Part shown: positions 19,371-29,748 of the stretch, one piece after another
How the letters are laid out: each line of letters opens with the position of its first letter
Position numbering within the stretch: the first letter of the stretch is position 1
Source: Nitrospirota bacterium
GTDB taxonomy: Bacteria > Nitrospirota > Nitrospiria > Nitrospirales > Nitrospiraceae
Assembly (NCBI GenBank): GCA_963703955.1
Contig: CAVPGK010000011.1
Coordinates: 1-64,000, forward strand
DNA: 64,000 bases
Direction of reading: 5' to 3'
Notes under the pieces: model-generated
What the model was told of the DNA's origin: nothing
Database searches by the model: none
Seen by the model: the letters and a program-made list of their open reading frames with translations, nothing else
Translations under genes and position numbers: made by a program

Positions 19371-19757
19371 TCAACCTCGTACCCGCTTCCCTGCCCCCCA
19401 CGCAACCAGCCCCCAACCGATAAGGAATGCCACGCCTCCGAGAGGAGTGATTGCGCCAAGCCATCGTGTGCCCGAAAACACGAGTGCATAGAGGCTTCCT
19501 GAAAACAGGACTACCCCCAGCAGAAAGCACCACCCCGCCCAGTGAAGCCACGTGTTCGCGCCGCGATCCATTGATTGACCAATTACCAGGAGGGCGAGAG
19601 CGTGGTACATCTGGTAACGAACGGCCGTTTCGAAAACCGTGAGCAGCTCTGATGAGAGGACCGCCTTGAGAGAGTGTGCCCCAAAGGCACCCCCTGCTAC
19701 GGCGAGGAACGCCAGCAAGGCACCCAGCCGGCTGAAAGATAACGTTACAGGAATCAT
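19371..19757 (-). CDS. DUF423 (YgdD/TMEM256) membrane protein
   Basis: GAFGAH, FETAVRYQMYHAL, LFSGSLY and GAITPLGG. Confidence 0.9.
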   Translation of the reverse strand: MIPVTLSFSRLGALLAFLAVAGGAFGAHSLKAVLSSELLTVFETAVRYQMYHALALLVIGQSMDRGANTWLHWAGWCFLLGVVLFSGSLYALVFSGTRWLGAITPLGGVAFLIGWGLVAWGAGKRVRG

Positions 19758-20073
19758 TTTCCTCTGTGTACATTCTGCTGGCACTGTCATACTCGATATA
19801 CCCACCGTTACTCAACCCTTATTACGTAAACAACGACCTATGGAACAGGAGGTCCGGGTTTGCCGCGATCACACAAAGACACGCTGCATGAGTCGGACAA
19901 GATGTCGCTGTTTGAGAACACAGGATTTTTCAATCGTCCGGCATCCGTCCCACACAGGTCGCTCTTCCTCTCGTTGAGGCCCTCACCTTCCTGGGCCTTT
20001 ACCCTACAACGCCAGGATGAAATGGCTGGCACCTGCTCAATACGGTCGGCAAGGTGATCGCCCAGTAATGATG

Positions 20074-21282
20074 TCAGAGACCGGCAAGTTGAAGGCGCAC
20101 CAACCCGGAGAGGTCTTCAGTCGACTGGAATGGTTGGACGTTGTCGAGCCACGCGGTGTAGGTGGTATCGATGGAGATGGTCGTGCGAAGTCTTGGAGTG
20201 TGGCAGTAGATCCACGAGAAGACGCTTGTCAATGTCGAGATGCTGCTGTCCACGAGTCCGTCGCTGCTCCGTGTCTTGCTGTAGGAACCGAACGCTGCCA
20301 TCTTGAATGCAGTGCTGGGGGCATAGCTCAGCGACAGAGAAGCCGAAGGGGTTTCAAGTCTCGCTCCCGACCAACGCTGTTGATCGGCTCTCATGCTCAA
20401 GGTAGGAGCGATCGTGACACGGTTGCTGGTTTGAAACGAGCCACTGACAGCGTGTGTGATGCCAATGGTCTCTCCATCGATACGCAACCGATCGCTGTTG
20501 ACTGAGTAAATGGAGAAGAGTCGAGCTTGCCATTTGGGTCTGGCGTAAGACAGCGCCGCCTCCACGCTATCCGTCAGATTGCGCTGAGGCGACACCCCAA
20601 CGGGTTCTAACGAACTCCACGACGAGTTGCGGGCGTATGTGACCGTCATTTCAGGCCAAGCTCTCGGCGCAACGGCAAGCGTGGCCCTTTCTTGTGTCCC
20701 GGATATGCGCGGCCGCCGCGGGTCTTTGTCCACGTTGTCCCAGTGTTCGGTCAAGGCCGTTCTAACTCGAACCACCCCCTTGTTCCATTCGCTCCATATT
20801 TCTTTGAAAGCCTGGTCCTTCAGCACTGCATACCCCTCCCCTGCGACTCGATAACTTGCGCCATATGTGAAGCGGCCGTGCGCTCCGGTCAACCCGAATC
20901 GGATCAGACGGTATTGCAGGGAAGTCCCGCTATCCGGAGTCCCCGGTCCGGACGGCCGACTATCGGCGATTTCGCCTTCGCCCTTCACACGGCCCGACCA
21001 CAAAGAGGTGTGCATGAGGACGCTCAAGGTCGGCTTCTCTACGACTCCGTAGAACATGTTGTTCAGTGGGTCAGATGTAAACGGCTGAGGCTGAAAGACC
21101 GTTTTCAAAGAGATATCCTGAAATCGGTTCAAAAGAGAGATCGAGTCAGACGTGGACAATGTCTTCAAATTCAGGAAATCATGTGCAGCAGGCTTCAGGT
21201 GCGGTGAAAGTAGACTGAAAAGGAACACTACGTAGGCACATAGCTGCCTGATCAACCAATCCCCTTGCATGTGGATTTTCAC
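20074..21282 (-). CDS. Hypothetical, probable outer-membrane beta-barrel protein
   Basis: Signal-like N-terminus and many alternating beta-strand segments (EAALSYAR, SLSLSYAP). Confidence 0.65.
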   Translation of the reverse strand: MKIHMQGDWLIRQLCAYVVFLFSLLSPHLKPAAHDFLNLKTLSTSDSISLLNRFQDISLKTVFQPQPFTSDPLNNMFYGVVEKPTLSVLMHTSLWSGRVKGEGEIADSRPSGPGTPDSGTSLQYRLIRFGLTGAHGRFTYGASYRVAGEGYAVLKDQAFKEIWSEWNKGVVRVRTALTEHWDNVDKDPRRPRISGTQERATLAVAPRAWPEMTVTYARNSSWSSLEPVGVSPQRNLTDSVEAALSYARPKWQARLFSIYSVNSDRLRIDGETIGITHAVSGSFQTSNRVTIAPTLSMRADQQRWSGARLETPSASLSLSYAPSTAFKMAAFGSYSKTRSSDGLVDSSISTLTSVFSWIYCHTPRLRTTISIDTTYTAWLDNVQPFQSTEDLSGLVRLQLAGL

Positions 21283-21388
21283 GTGTCAGGATTTCCATTA
21301 CCCAAGAAGGCCTTCGCTCACGTTTGCCGTTTCGCCTGAGAGAGCCGTAAGGCGCGAGCATATAGTTATTTACACGTACTTACAGCTG

Positions 21389-21405
21389 AGCAACGCCGAT
21401 GCCAT
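21389..21405 (-). promoter_or_regulatory. Sigma54 (-24/-12) promoter for the 20074-21282 gene
   Basis: The minus strand reads TGGCATCGGCGTTGCT, which fits GG-N10-GC. Confidence 0.65.
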
Positions 21406-21749
21406 CGAGAGCCTTCATCTCATCCCACACGTCCGCCTTCAGAACGAGGTGATTTATCGTGTAAAGTCCGCAAAGAATATTTGAAAGGGCCGACAAGATA
21501 GTTGAAACCGACCTGGCCAGGGAAATGGATCGCGAACATTTTGCGACCGCCGACAACGAAAAATGTTAAAACCCTCGTGCATTGCGTGCAGTAACAGATT
21601 TCAACCCTTTGGAGGTCATCCACGACTGAAAAGGAGTGAAGTCTCCGTTGCCTCCTTCATTCGTCAGTGAGGCAGCGCCTTGATTTTCGAGGGTTTTGTG
21701 CTATCGTTTTTGACGCTTTGATATTGGTGGCGTGTGTGGTGGAGGAAGC

Positions 21750-24068
21750 ATGGAAGGAAAGGCCTTACCTGAGAATGTTCAAGAACTTCAGCAGAAAATT
21801 GCGCACGCCGAGGAAGTCAAACGGATCTCCAATCAAATTCACGCCGCAAAAGACCTAGATCAAATTCTCCTGGACCTCAATAAGGACATTCTGGGTCTCT
21901 TCGACGCCGAGGATCTCACTCTCTACGCCGTCGACCCGGACAGAAAAGAAATTTTCTCCAAAGTTCCACATCTCGATGCGGTCGAAGAGCTTCGTGTTCC
22001 CATCAGTGAGCAGAGCCTTGCCGGTTTTACCGCTAAATACCTCCGTCCGGTCAACATCAGTGATGCCTACAATAAGGCGGAGCTCAGCCGTATACATCCC
22101 GCCCTGCAGCACGACAGCGCATGGGATAAGAAGACCGGTTTTCAGACCAAGCAGGTCTTGACCTACCCTATCGTAGCTGAAAATAAGTATTTAATGGGTG
22201 TCGTGCAGCTGCTCAACAGAAAGAGCGGCGGCCGCTTTACGAAGAAAGAAGAGGAATGGGTTGCGGAAATTGCGAAAAGCCTCGGCATCGCGTTTTTCAA
22301 CCTGCGGAAGCTTGCGAAAAAGACCCTCACGAAATTTGACTATCTCGTGGCAAGCAACCGCATCACTCAAAAGGAGCTGGATGCCGCCATCGCTGAAGCT
22401 CGGAAGGGTCAGTCGGATATCGAATCACTCTTAATCGAAAAATATAAGGTCCCCAAATCGGACATCGGCAAGTCCTTGAGTCAATTTCATCAATGTCCGC
22501 ACGTTGAATATGATGACCGGATCATCATCGATCCTGAATTGCTGAGAAATCTCAACGTTGACTACCTGAAAAAGAGCTTCTGGATTCCGTTTAAGCGAAA
22601 TAAGAACACTATCGAGATTCTGATCGACGATCCCAACGACCTTGACCGAGTTCAGGATATCCAACGGATGTTTCCCGGTCAGAGTATCCGGTTCGCGGTC
22701 GGCTTGCGCCGTGACATCGCTCAGTTCCTCCGAGTCGCGACCGGACACCCTTCGGCGTCAGCGACGATCGATTCGGGGTCGATTAGCGACATTCTTGGCG
22801 AGTTGGTTAATGAATCGCAGCAGGAACAACAGGCTGAGGCTGCGTCATCGGGGGTAGATGAGAACGACAATGCGATCGTCAGGCTGGCCAATAAGATCAT
22901 CGCTGATGCCTATCGTACCGGCGTGTCCGATATTCACATCGAGCCGTACGGCGAAAAGCGCGAAACCTTGGTTCGCTTCCGTGTCGATGGGTCATGTTCA
23001 GAATATATGAAAATTCCCTCCAGTTATCGGCGAGCCATCGTATCTCGCCTGAAGATCATGGCGAGCATGGACATCGCCGAGCGGCGCAAGCCTCAGGACG
23101 GCAAGATCAAGTTCAAGGTCGGTGAAGGGAAAGAGATCGAGCTTCGTGTCGCCACGGTCCCGACCGCCGGATACAACGAGGATGTGGTCATGCGGATCTT
23201 ATCCGCCAGCGAACCCTTGCCGCTGGAGAAAATGGCGTTCAGTGATCGCAATCTGCGCGAATTCAAGAACATCACCGAAAAGCCCTACGGCATCATCCTC
23301 TGCGTCGGACCGACCGGATCCGGCAAGACTACCACCCTACACGCGGCTCTCGGCTATATCAATAGGCCCGAGCGAAAGATCTGGACCGCAGAGGATCCGG
23401 TTGAGATCACGCAGTACGGCCTGCGGCAGGTTCAGGTGCAGCCGAAGATCGGGTTTACCTTTGCGATTGCTATGCGCGCCTTCCTTCGCGCCGACCCGGA
23501 TGTAATCATGGTAGGAGAGATGCGAGACAAAGAGACCGCGGATACGGGTATTGAAGCGTCATTGACGGGTCACCTTGTCTTCAGCACGCTCCACACCAAC
23601 AGTTCCGTTGAAACAATTACCCGACTGCTGGATATGGAGTGCGATCCCTTCAGCTTTGCGGATGCCATGTTGGGCGTGCTGGCTCAACGGCTTTGCAAAC
23701 GGATTTGCAAGGACTGCAAAGAGGACTATCACCCCTCGCAGGAGGAGTATGACGCGTACTGATGCATGGTTATGGAGCAGAGTACTGGGGGAATTTGGGC
23801 GTAACGTATGGCCCCAGCTTCAAGCTTTCTCGTGGAAGGGGATGCGAGGCCTGCAATAAAGACAGGATTCAAAGGCCGAATCGCCCTGCACGAACTCTTA
23901 CTCGGCACAGACCGAATGAAACGGCTGATTCAATCCAAAGCCAAAACGGAAGAGATGCTCAAGGTCGCCCTCGAAGAAAGTATGACCACCCTGGTCCAAG
24001 ATGGCATTTTGAAAGTGCTCCAGGGCCACACGAGCTATAAGCAGGTCAAGGCCGTAGCCATCAAGTAA
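21750..24068 (+). CDS. GAF-domain GspE/PilB family secretion ATPase (frameshifts near 23760 and 23860)
   Basis: N-terminal GAF, SDIHIEP, GPTGSGKT, TAEDPVE, FLRADPDVIMVGEMRD, TGHLVFSTLHTN, and Cys pairs CKDC/CEAC split over three frames. Confidence 0.88.
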
Positions 24069-24151
24069 GATGGTCGACCGTTATCAGACCCGCCGAGGAC
24101 TCCACCGCTCGCGGCTAATTTCTCTCTCCTGGAAGCTCGCGAGGAGGAGGA

Positions 24152-24715
24152 TCAGAGGTTAAGGAAATTCCGCAGTAGGTTCTTACCCGCCGTGGTCAGA
24201 ATGGATTCAGGGTGAAACTGGACGCCTTCCACTCCCAGCGTACGATGCCGTAGCCCCATTATCTCGCCTTCCGCAGTCTCGGCTGAGATTTCAAAGCAAG
24301 CCGGAACAGTCGCGCGGTTCACCAGCAACGAGTGATAGCGGGTCGCCTCGAACGGATTCGGCAGGTTCTGATAGATCGTCTTCCCATCATGACGGATCAT
24401 CGAGGTCTTACCGTGCATCAACCGCTCGGCTCGAATCACTTCTCCGCCGAATGCCACCGCCAACGACTGATGGCCCAGGCAGACGCCGAGAACGGGCAGA
24501 CGTCCGGCAAAGTGCCGGATCGCCTCCACCGACACACCTGCCTCCTTCGGTGTGCATGGACCGGGAGAAATGACTAAGCGCTGAGGACGCAACGACTCGA
24601 TATCCTCAATCGTGATCTTGTCGTTGCGATGGACCCTGACATCCTCCCCGAGCTCGCCGAAGTACTGCACGAGGTTATAGGTGAACGAGTCGTAATTATC
24701 GATCATCAGCAACAT
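24152..24715 (-). CDS. trpG: Anthranilate/aminodeoxychorismate synthase component II (glutamine amidotransferase)
   Basis: [35 protein letters not shown] and QFHPES. Confidence 0.95.
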   Translation of the reverse strand: MLLMIDNYDSFTYNLVQYFGELGEDVRVHRNDKITIEDIESLRPQRLVISPGPCTPKEAGVSVEAIRHFAGRLPVLGVCLGHQSLAVAFGGEVIRAERLMHGKTSMIRHDGKTIYQNLPNPFEATRYHSLLVNRATVPACFEISAETAEGEIMGLRHRTLGVEGVQFHPESILTTAGKNLLRNFLNL

Positions 24716-24892
24716 GGCTTGCTCACTCACTTGAGGGATGGCAGAGGGGCGTTCGCTCACGGCTTATTTCACGAAACTCGCTCTGAGCCTGCTAAGACAG
24801 GGTCTTTGCTCTCAGGACACGCCCTTTCAGAGCGAACACATCCGACTTGCACGCTACACGAGCACGAAGGGCAGTCTGCCATCCCTTCTCCC

Positions 24893-25033
24893 TCACTCCA
24901 GCCCTTTTTCGGCGAGCTCGATGGCTCGCATCATGGCTCGGGCCTTGTTACAGGTCTCCTCGTACTCCAGTTCCGGTCGGGAGTCGGCCACAATGCCGGC
25001 TCCGGCTTGAATATGGGCCTGCCGCCCATCATG
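24893..25033 (-). pseudogene. trpE: Only the 3'-terminal ~46 codons of anthranilate synthase component I
   Basis: The minus strand reads [46 protein letters not shown], upstream of trpG. Similarity ends near 25033. Confidence 0.85.
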
Positions 25034-25034
25034 T

Positions 25035-26933
25035 GCGCTAAAGCCGATCGTGGCTCAGACCCTCCTCATCCCGGGCATCAAGTCCGTCACGGTGATCGAC
25101 GCCCAAGGCATCATCGTCGCTGATTCGGCTGACCAAGGTGTGGGAGGACGACTCACCTTGCACCTCGATGCCGTACGTGAGGCACTGGATGAATCCGACT
25201 CGTACATCACTTGGGTGGAGACCAGAGACACCGGCCGAGTCCGCTTCCTGCTTCATCCGATCGCGGCCGCGCCCGGGGCCATTCCCCAGAAGGCTCAAAT
25301 CAAGGGAACCATGCTGATCGGAACGGATCTCTCGGTCATGGACGGGCTTGTTCGTTCCAATCTTCGTTACCTGCTCTTTGTCAATGGCGTGACGTTTTCG
25401 GTCTTGCTCGTCATGTTCTGGATTGCGATCCGTGGCCTCGTCCACCCCCTCACGGCACTGGCCGAGGCGGTGCGTACCTCGCCAGGCATCCCCCTTGTGG
25501 CCGGGCGCTCGGGATCATCCTCCGATGAAATCAGCGCCCTGACCGAAACGTTCTCGCAAATGAACGCGGCGCTTCAAGAGAGCGAGGAATTCAATCGTGC
25601 GATCTTGGGTTCATTGATGACCCAGACGGCCCTGTTGGATAGGGAAGGACAGCTTCTTGCCGTGAATGCCGCTTGGGAACGGTTCTCGAAGGAGGAAGGG
25701 GATCTCTTCCCTGCGGCAGGCGGCGGCATCATCAATTATTTTGACGCCTGCCGGAAACCGGGCAAAGGGTATGGGAACCACGCCGAAGAGGCGGTGGCCG
25801 GGATCCAGGCGGTCTTGAAGGATGCAGTGCCCAGGTTCACACTCGAATACCTCTGTCCACTCTCGAAGGATTCCCGTTGGTTTCTTCTGTCCGTCACCCC
25901 ATTACACAGGAGCGCTGGCGGAGCGATCATTTCTCATGTCGACATTACCGAGCGCATAGGAATGGAAGAGCAGCTCCACGAGGTTCTGGCGGAGACCGAA
26001 CGGGCTCGCAATCGCCTCGATGCGCTATACGATACGATTCCCATCGGCCTGATGTCCGTCACGTCCGATCTGGTTGTCGAACGTGTGAGCCACCTCGTCG
26101 CAGAACTGCACGGGCGTTCCGTAGAAGATCACATCGGTCAGTGGCTTCCAAACCTGATTCCGTCGGAACGCTGGGCGCGATTGAGGCCGATTTTTGAGCA
26201 GGTCTTCCAAACCGGCAAGCCTCACCGCCGGGTGGAAGAGGCGATTCCGGACAGCCGGGTGGCGGGAGGCACGCGGTTCCTGCACTCTGACTACTATCCG
26301 GATCTCAACGAGGATGGGACAGTACGGAGCATTCTGATTACGTCTCAGGACGTGACGTCTGAAAAGTTCGCCCAGCAGGAGCACGAACAGCACCTCAATG
26401 AACTCACGGCCAAGAACCGAGAGTTGGACCAGATGGCCATCCGCGATCCATTGACGGGCCTGTACAACCGGCGCTTTTTCGATGAAGCCCTCACCCGGGA
26501 GTGGCAGCAGTTCCAGAGAAGCGGTGAAGCGTTCACGGTCATCATTATGGATGTGGATGCCTTCAAGGCCATCAACGATGAGCACGGGCACGAAACCGGA
26601 GACCGGGGGCTTCAGCAGGTGGGTACGGCGTTGCGTGCGAACTTACGAGAGAGCGACCTCATTGCGCGCGTCGGAGGAGACGAGTTTGCTGCACTGCTGC
26701 CTCGGACGGATACGGAACACTGCGCACAGGTTTCGGAGAAGCTCCGTGAGGCGCTCAAGAGCCTGCATCTGGCCACATCGCATGGCCAGGTCGATGTGTC
26801 GCTCAGCCTCGGTTGTGCAACAGTGCCCGGCTTTCCTCCCGTCACATCCGCCGCCGAGCTCCTGCGAGTGGCCGACAAACGCATGTATGATGCAAAACGA
26901 CTGGGCTTATCCGGGAGACCCGACCCCGGTTGA
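25035..26933 (+). CDS. Diguanylate cyclase (TM-HAMP-PAS-PAS-GGDEF), 5'-truncated
   Basis: [27 protein letters not shown]-site RESD and RVGGDEF. There is no RBS or first TM helix at the 5' end. Confidence 0.88.
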   Translation, partial: ALKPIVAQTLLIPGIKSVTVIDAQGIIVADSADQGVGGRLTLHLDAVREALDESDSYITWVETRDTGRVRFLLHPIAAAPGAIPQKAQIKGTMLIGTDLSVMDGLVRSNLRYLLFVNGVTFSVLLVMFWIAIRGLVHPLTALAEAVRTSPGIPLVAGRSGSSSDEISALTETFSQMNAALQESEEFNRAILGSLMTQTALLDREGQLLAVNAAWERFSKEEGDLFPAAGGGIINYFDACRKPGKGYGNHAEEAVAGIQAVLKDAVPRFTLEYLCPLSKDSRWFLLSVTPLHRSAGGAIISHVDITERIGMEEQLHEVLAETERARNRLDALYDTIPIGLMSVTSDLVVERVSHLVAELHGRSVEDHIGQWLPNLIPSERWARLRPIFEQVFQTGKPHRRVEEAIPDSRVAGGTRFLHSDYYPDLNEDGTVRSILITSQDVTSEKFAQQEHEQHLNELTAKNRELDQMAIRDPLTGLYNRRFFDEALTREWQQFQRSGEAFTVIIMDVDAFKAINDEHGHETGDRGLQQVGTALRANLRESDLIARVGGDEFAALLPRTDTEHCAQVSEKLREALKSLHLATSHGQVDVSLSLGCATVPGFPPVTSAAELLRVADKRMYDAKRLGLSGRPDPG

Positions 26934-28172
26934 GTCAGCAGGGGCTGTCACTTTCTCTTCCTTCACGATCTGCACGCTCTTAATGGACTTGTGGTCGGCT
27001 TCGTGTACGATGAGCCGGCAATGGTCGACGTGGATCTGCTCGCCGACCGCAGGAATACGGCCAAGCTGATCCTGAATTAGCCCGCTGATCGTGTTCGATT
27101 CTTCTCCCAAATCCACCTTAAGGAAGTCATTGATCCGACGCACTTCGGTCCGACCGTGGACCAAGATCTGATTCTTGCCGATCCGCTTGATCAGCTCCTC
27201 GCTGATATCGGTCTCATCCATGATTTCACCGACGACCTCTTCAAGCAGATCTTCCAGCGTGACCAGCCCCATGACACCGCCGAATTCGTTGACCACGATC
27301 GCCATATGACGCTTTTCTCGCTGAAACTGCTTCATCAGGTCGTCCGCCGTCTTCCCGCGAGGGACGAACAGGGCCGGATTCGCAATGTCCTTCAGCCGCA
27401 CATCGTAACGACCCTGGGCCAACTCCATGAGCGCTCTGTCTCGATAGAGCACCCCCGTGATATTGTCCAGTGTGCTGTCATAGACCGGAATCCGTGAGTA
27501 CTTGGATTGGAAGATCTGCTCTTGGGCCTCTTTGAGACGAAAGTGCCCTTCCAGTGCAAAAACGTAGATGCGAGGCGTCATGGAATCTTCGGCTGTGATG
27601 TCTTTCAACTGAAAGACGTTCTTGATCATTTTGACTTCTTCCGTCTCGATCATCCCGGCCTTCCCTCCCACATCCAGCATGATCTTGAGTTCTTCCTCAG
27701 TCACAAAGGGTACAGTGAGCCCTTTCCCTCCGGTGATCTTGTCGATCATCGGCTCCAACACAAATAGGATGGGCCTTAGGATCTGTTGGATGCCATACAC
27801 GGGGTACGCCATCGTGAGTACCACAGGAACGGCATGTTTGGCTGCAAGCGTCTTAGGCACGATGTCGCCGAAGATCAACAAGACAAACGTCAGCACCCCG
27901 ATCGCGATGGCCACGGCTTCGGACCCGAACAGACGAATCGCCAGGATCGTCGCATAGGAGGCCGCGCCGGTATCCACCAGCCGGTCCCCGATCATAATGG
28001 TCGAGAGCAGGCGTTGCGGATTGCTACGCAAGTGCAGGGCCATAGCAGCCCGCCTGCCGCCGGCCTCAGCCAGCGCTCGGAGCCGCGTCTCGTTGACCGA
28101 AAAAAACCCAATTTCGGCCGCCGAAATAACAGCCGACAAGAATATGAGACTGAACAGTATCAGAACGTCCAT
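26907..28172 (-). CDS. CNNM/CorC/HlyC family protein (DUF21-CBS-CorC)
   Basis: SAAEIGFFS, FGDIVPKTLA, MTPR, YSRIPVY and VNEFGGVMGLVTLEDLLEEVVGEI. Confidence 0.93.
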   Translation of the reverse strand: MDVLILFSLIFLSAVISAAEIGFFSVNETRLRALAEAGGRRAAMALHLRSNPQRLLSTIMIGDRLVDTGAASYATILAIRLFGSEAVAIAIGVLTFVLLIFGDIVPKTLAAKHAVPVVLTMAYPVYGIQQILRPILFVLEPMIDKITGGKGLTVPFVTEEELKIMLDVGGKAGMIETEEVKMIKNVFQLKDITAEDSMTPRIYVFALEGHFRLKEAQEQIFQSKYSRIPVYDSTLDNITGVLYRDRALMELAQGRYDVRLKDIANPALFVPRGKTADDLMKQFQREKRHMAIVVNEFGGVMGLVTLEDLLEEVVGEIMDETDISEELIKRIGKNQILVHGRTEVRRINDFLKVDLGEESNTISGLIQDQLGRIPAVGEQIHVDHCRLIVHEADHKSIKSVQIVKEEKVTAPADSTGVGSPG

Positions 28173-28178
28173 GGACAA

Positions 28179-28313
28179 TTACGCAAGAACAGGCTGTGTG
28201 GGATGTCCGAAATTGATCCCGCGGAGGCCCATGGCGAGCTTGAAAAGCAGAACGATCAGAGAGAGGCGGAACAAATCGAACGAAAGAGATCCTATGGGTC
28301 CACCGTCATCCAT
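28179..28313 (-). CDS. Possible 44-aa membrane peptide upstream of the CNNM gene
   Basis: MDDGGPIGSLSFDLFRLSLIVLLFKLAMGLRGINFGHPTQPVLA*; the stop lies 6 bp before the CNNM ATG. Confidence 0.4.
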   Translation of the reverse strand: MDDGGPIGSLSFDLFRLSLIVLLFKLAMGLRGINFGHPTQPVLA

Positions 28314-28422
28314 GAGGCTTTACTTGTATCACACCCGTGGTTATCAAGCAACCAAATAGAGAAAACTGTCTTTAAAATCAATTTGTTATGAGTTTCTATG
28401 CGAGGACATCTTATGTAGCCGG

Positions 28423-29172
28423 CTAGACGTCATCCCGGACCACGATAGACTCAATTTCAAACCGAGCACTTAGGTCCTTCGCAACAGCGGCCGCCTGCCC
28501 TTCTGAGGAAAACCGTCCGACCTGAACTCGATAGCGTCTTCCGACCGGGAGATCCACCGTCACTATACGGGTGTCATGATAGTGTTCCCTCAATCTTTCA
28601 ACCAGTGCCTTTGCAAGCGCTTCTTCTGCAAATGAGGCGACCTGAACCCGCAAGACTCCAAATGCGTCCGTGTGGCCTTCGTACTCCGTGACTCTCAGGA
28701 TGACCTCATCGGTCCCGGTACTGGTCATGCCTAGTTCGCGCGCCGCGGCCTCGGAGAGATCGATGATTCGGCCTCTCGCAAACGGACCCCGGTCGTTAAT
28801 GCGCACGGTCACCTGTTGGCCATTCCGAACGGATCGGACACGCACCACTGACCCCATCGGCAGGGTCCGGTGGGCGGCGGTCAAGCCATTCTTGTCAAAC
28901 CGCTCCCCGCTCGCAGTCCGGTTCCCGTGAAATCCAGGCCCATACCAGGAGGCCATGCCCCGCTCCTCATACCCGATCGGATAGCCGGAAGGGAATCGTT
29001 GGACGTTTTGGGATCCGCCGCACCCAACAGCCACGCTCATGCCTATGAGGAAATACAAGAAGGTGATCCAACGCGGCTGCGTGAAGTCCGAAGCTCCGAG
29101 CGTCCTCTCAGGAGGTTGCGAGAACGGCAGACGATCGAAAAGGAAGGGGGGCGCTTTTCTTGGCATTCTCAA
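28423..29172 (-). CDS. rlpA: Septal ring lytic transglycosylase RlpA (DPBB + SPOR), lipoprotein
   Basis: ASWYGPGFHG..TASGE, AAHRTLP, INDRGPF, IIDLS and C-terminal SPOR (VQVASF, YRVQVG). Confidence 0.93.
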   Translation of the reverse strand: MRMPRKAPPFLFDRLPFSQPPERTLGASDFTQPRWITFLYFLIGMSVAVGCGGSQNVQRFPSGYPIGYEERGMASWYGPGFHGNRTASGERFDKNGLTAAHRTLPMGSVVRVRSVRNGQQVTVRINDRGPFARGRIIDLSEAAARELGMTSTGTDEVILRVTEYEGHTDAFGVLRVQVASFAEEALAKALVERLREHYHDTRIVTVDLPVGRRYRVQVGRFSSEGQAAAVAKDLSARFEIESIVVRDDV

Positions 29173-29594
29173 AAAGCGTCCAGTGACTCCTCGCGGAGGA
29201 TATCCATTGCCTTCTTCGTATTGGACACCGTCAGCACGACAATGGCCTTTCCTCCCTCACGCGATGGGGTATAGTAACCAGAGATAATGTTGACCCGCGC
29301 CTCTTTCAGATGCTCAGCTACCACGCTGAGAGCGCCCGGTTTGTTTTCCAGCCCTAAGACCAAGGCCGTCTCCTCCCGAAAGCGAATTTTTGCAGCCTTT
29401 AGGGTAACTCGCGCGCGATCAAGATCGGCGACGATGAGACGCAGCATCCCTTTTCGAAGTTTACCGGTGCCGCTTACTTCCGGCGCGCTGAACGCTTTGA
29501 TATCCACTCCCGCCCTACCGAGCACGGAGGCGACGTGCGCCAATGTACCGGGCTTACTCTGTTCCGTAATCACTAGCTGTGTTGTCGTGGGCAT
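29169..29594 (-). CDS. Tandem ACT domain protein
   Basis: Two ACT repeats (SKPGTLAHV..GVDI; NKPGALSVV..RVNI). Confidence 0.85.
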   Translation of the reverse strand: MPTTTQLVITEQSKPGTLAHVASVLGRAGVDIKAFSAPEVSGTGKLRKGMLRLIVADLDRARVTLKAAKIRFREETALVLGLENKPGALSVVAEHLKEARVNIISGYYTPSREGGKAIVVLTVSNTKKAMDILREESLDAF

Positions 29595-29748
29595 CGCTTT
29601 CTCCTGCCTCCTGACTGGTCAAATATCTGGAATCGGTTTAAGCTCACCCCGTCGGCTGTTCTCCACAATAAACGGCTGAGCGGTTAGTATAGAGCAGTAC
29701 GAGGTTTTCGTCCAATGTTCTCCGTGAAAACACTGGTTTAAGGGTCAG

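Noticed and set aside
21283..21749. c-di-GMP or other riboswitch in the long intergenic region
   Set aside because: I could not match the conserved cores of known riboswitches; only the sigma54 motif is supported.
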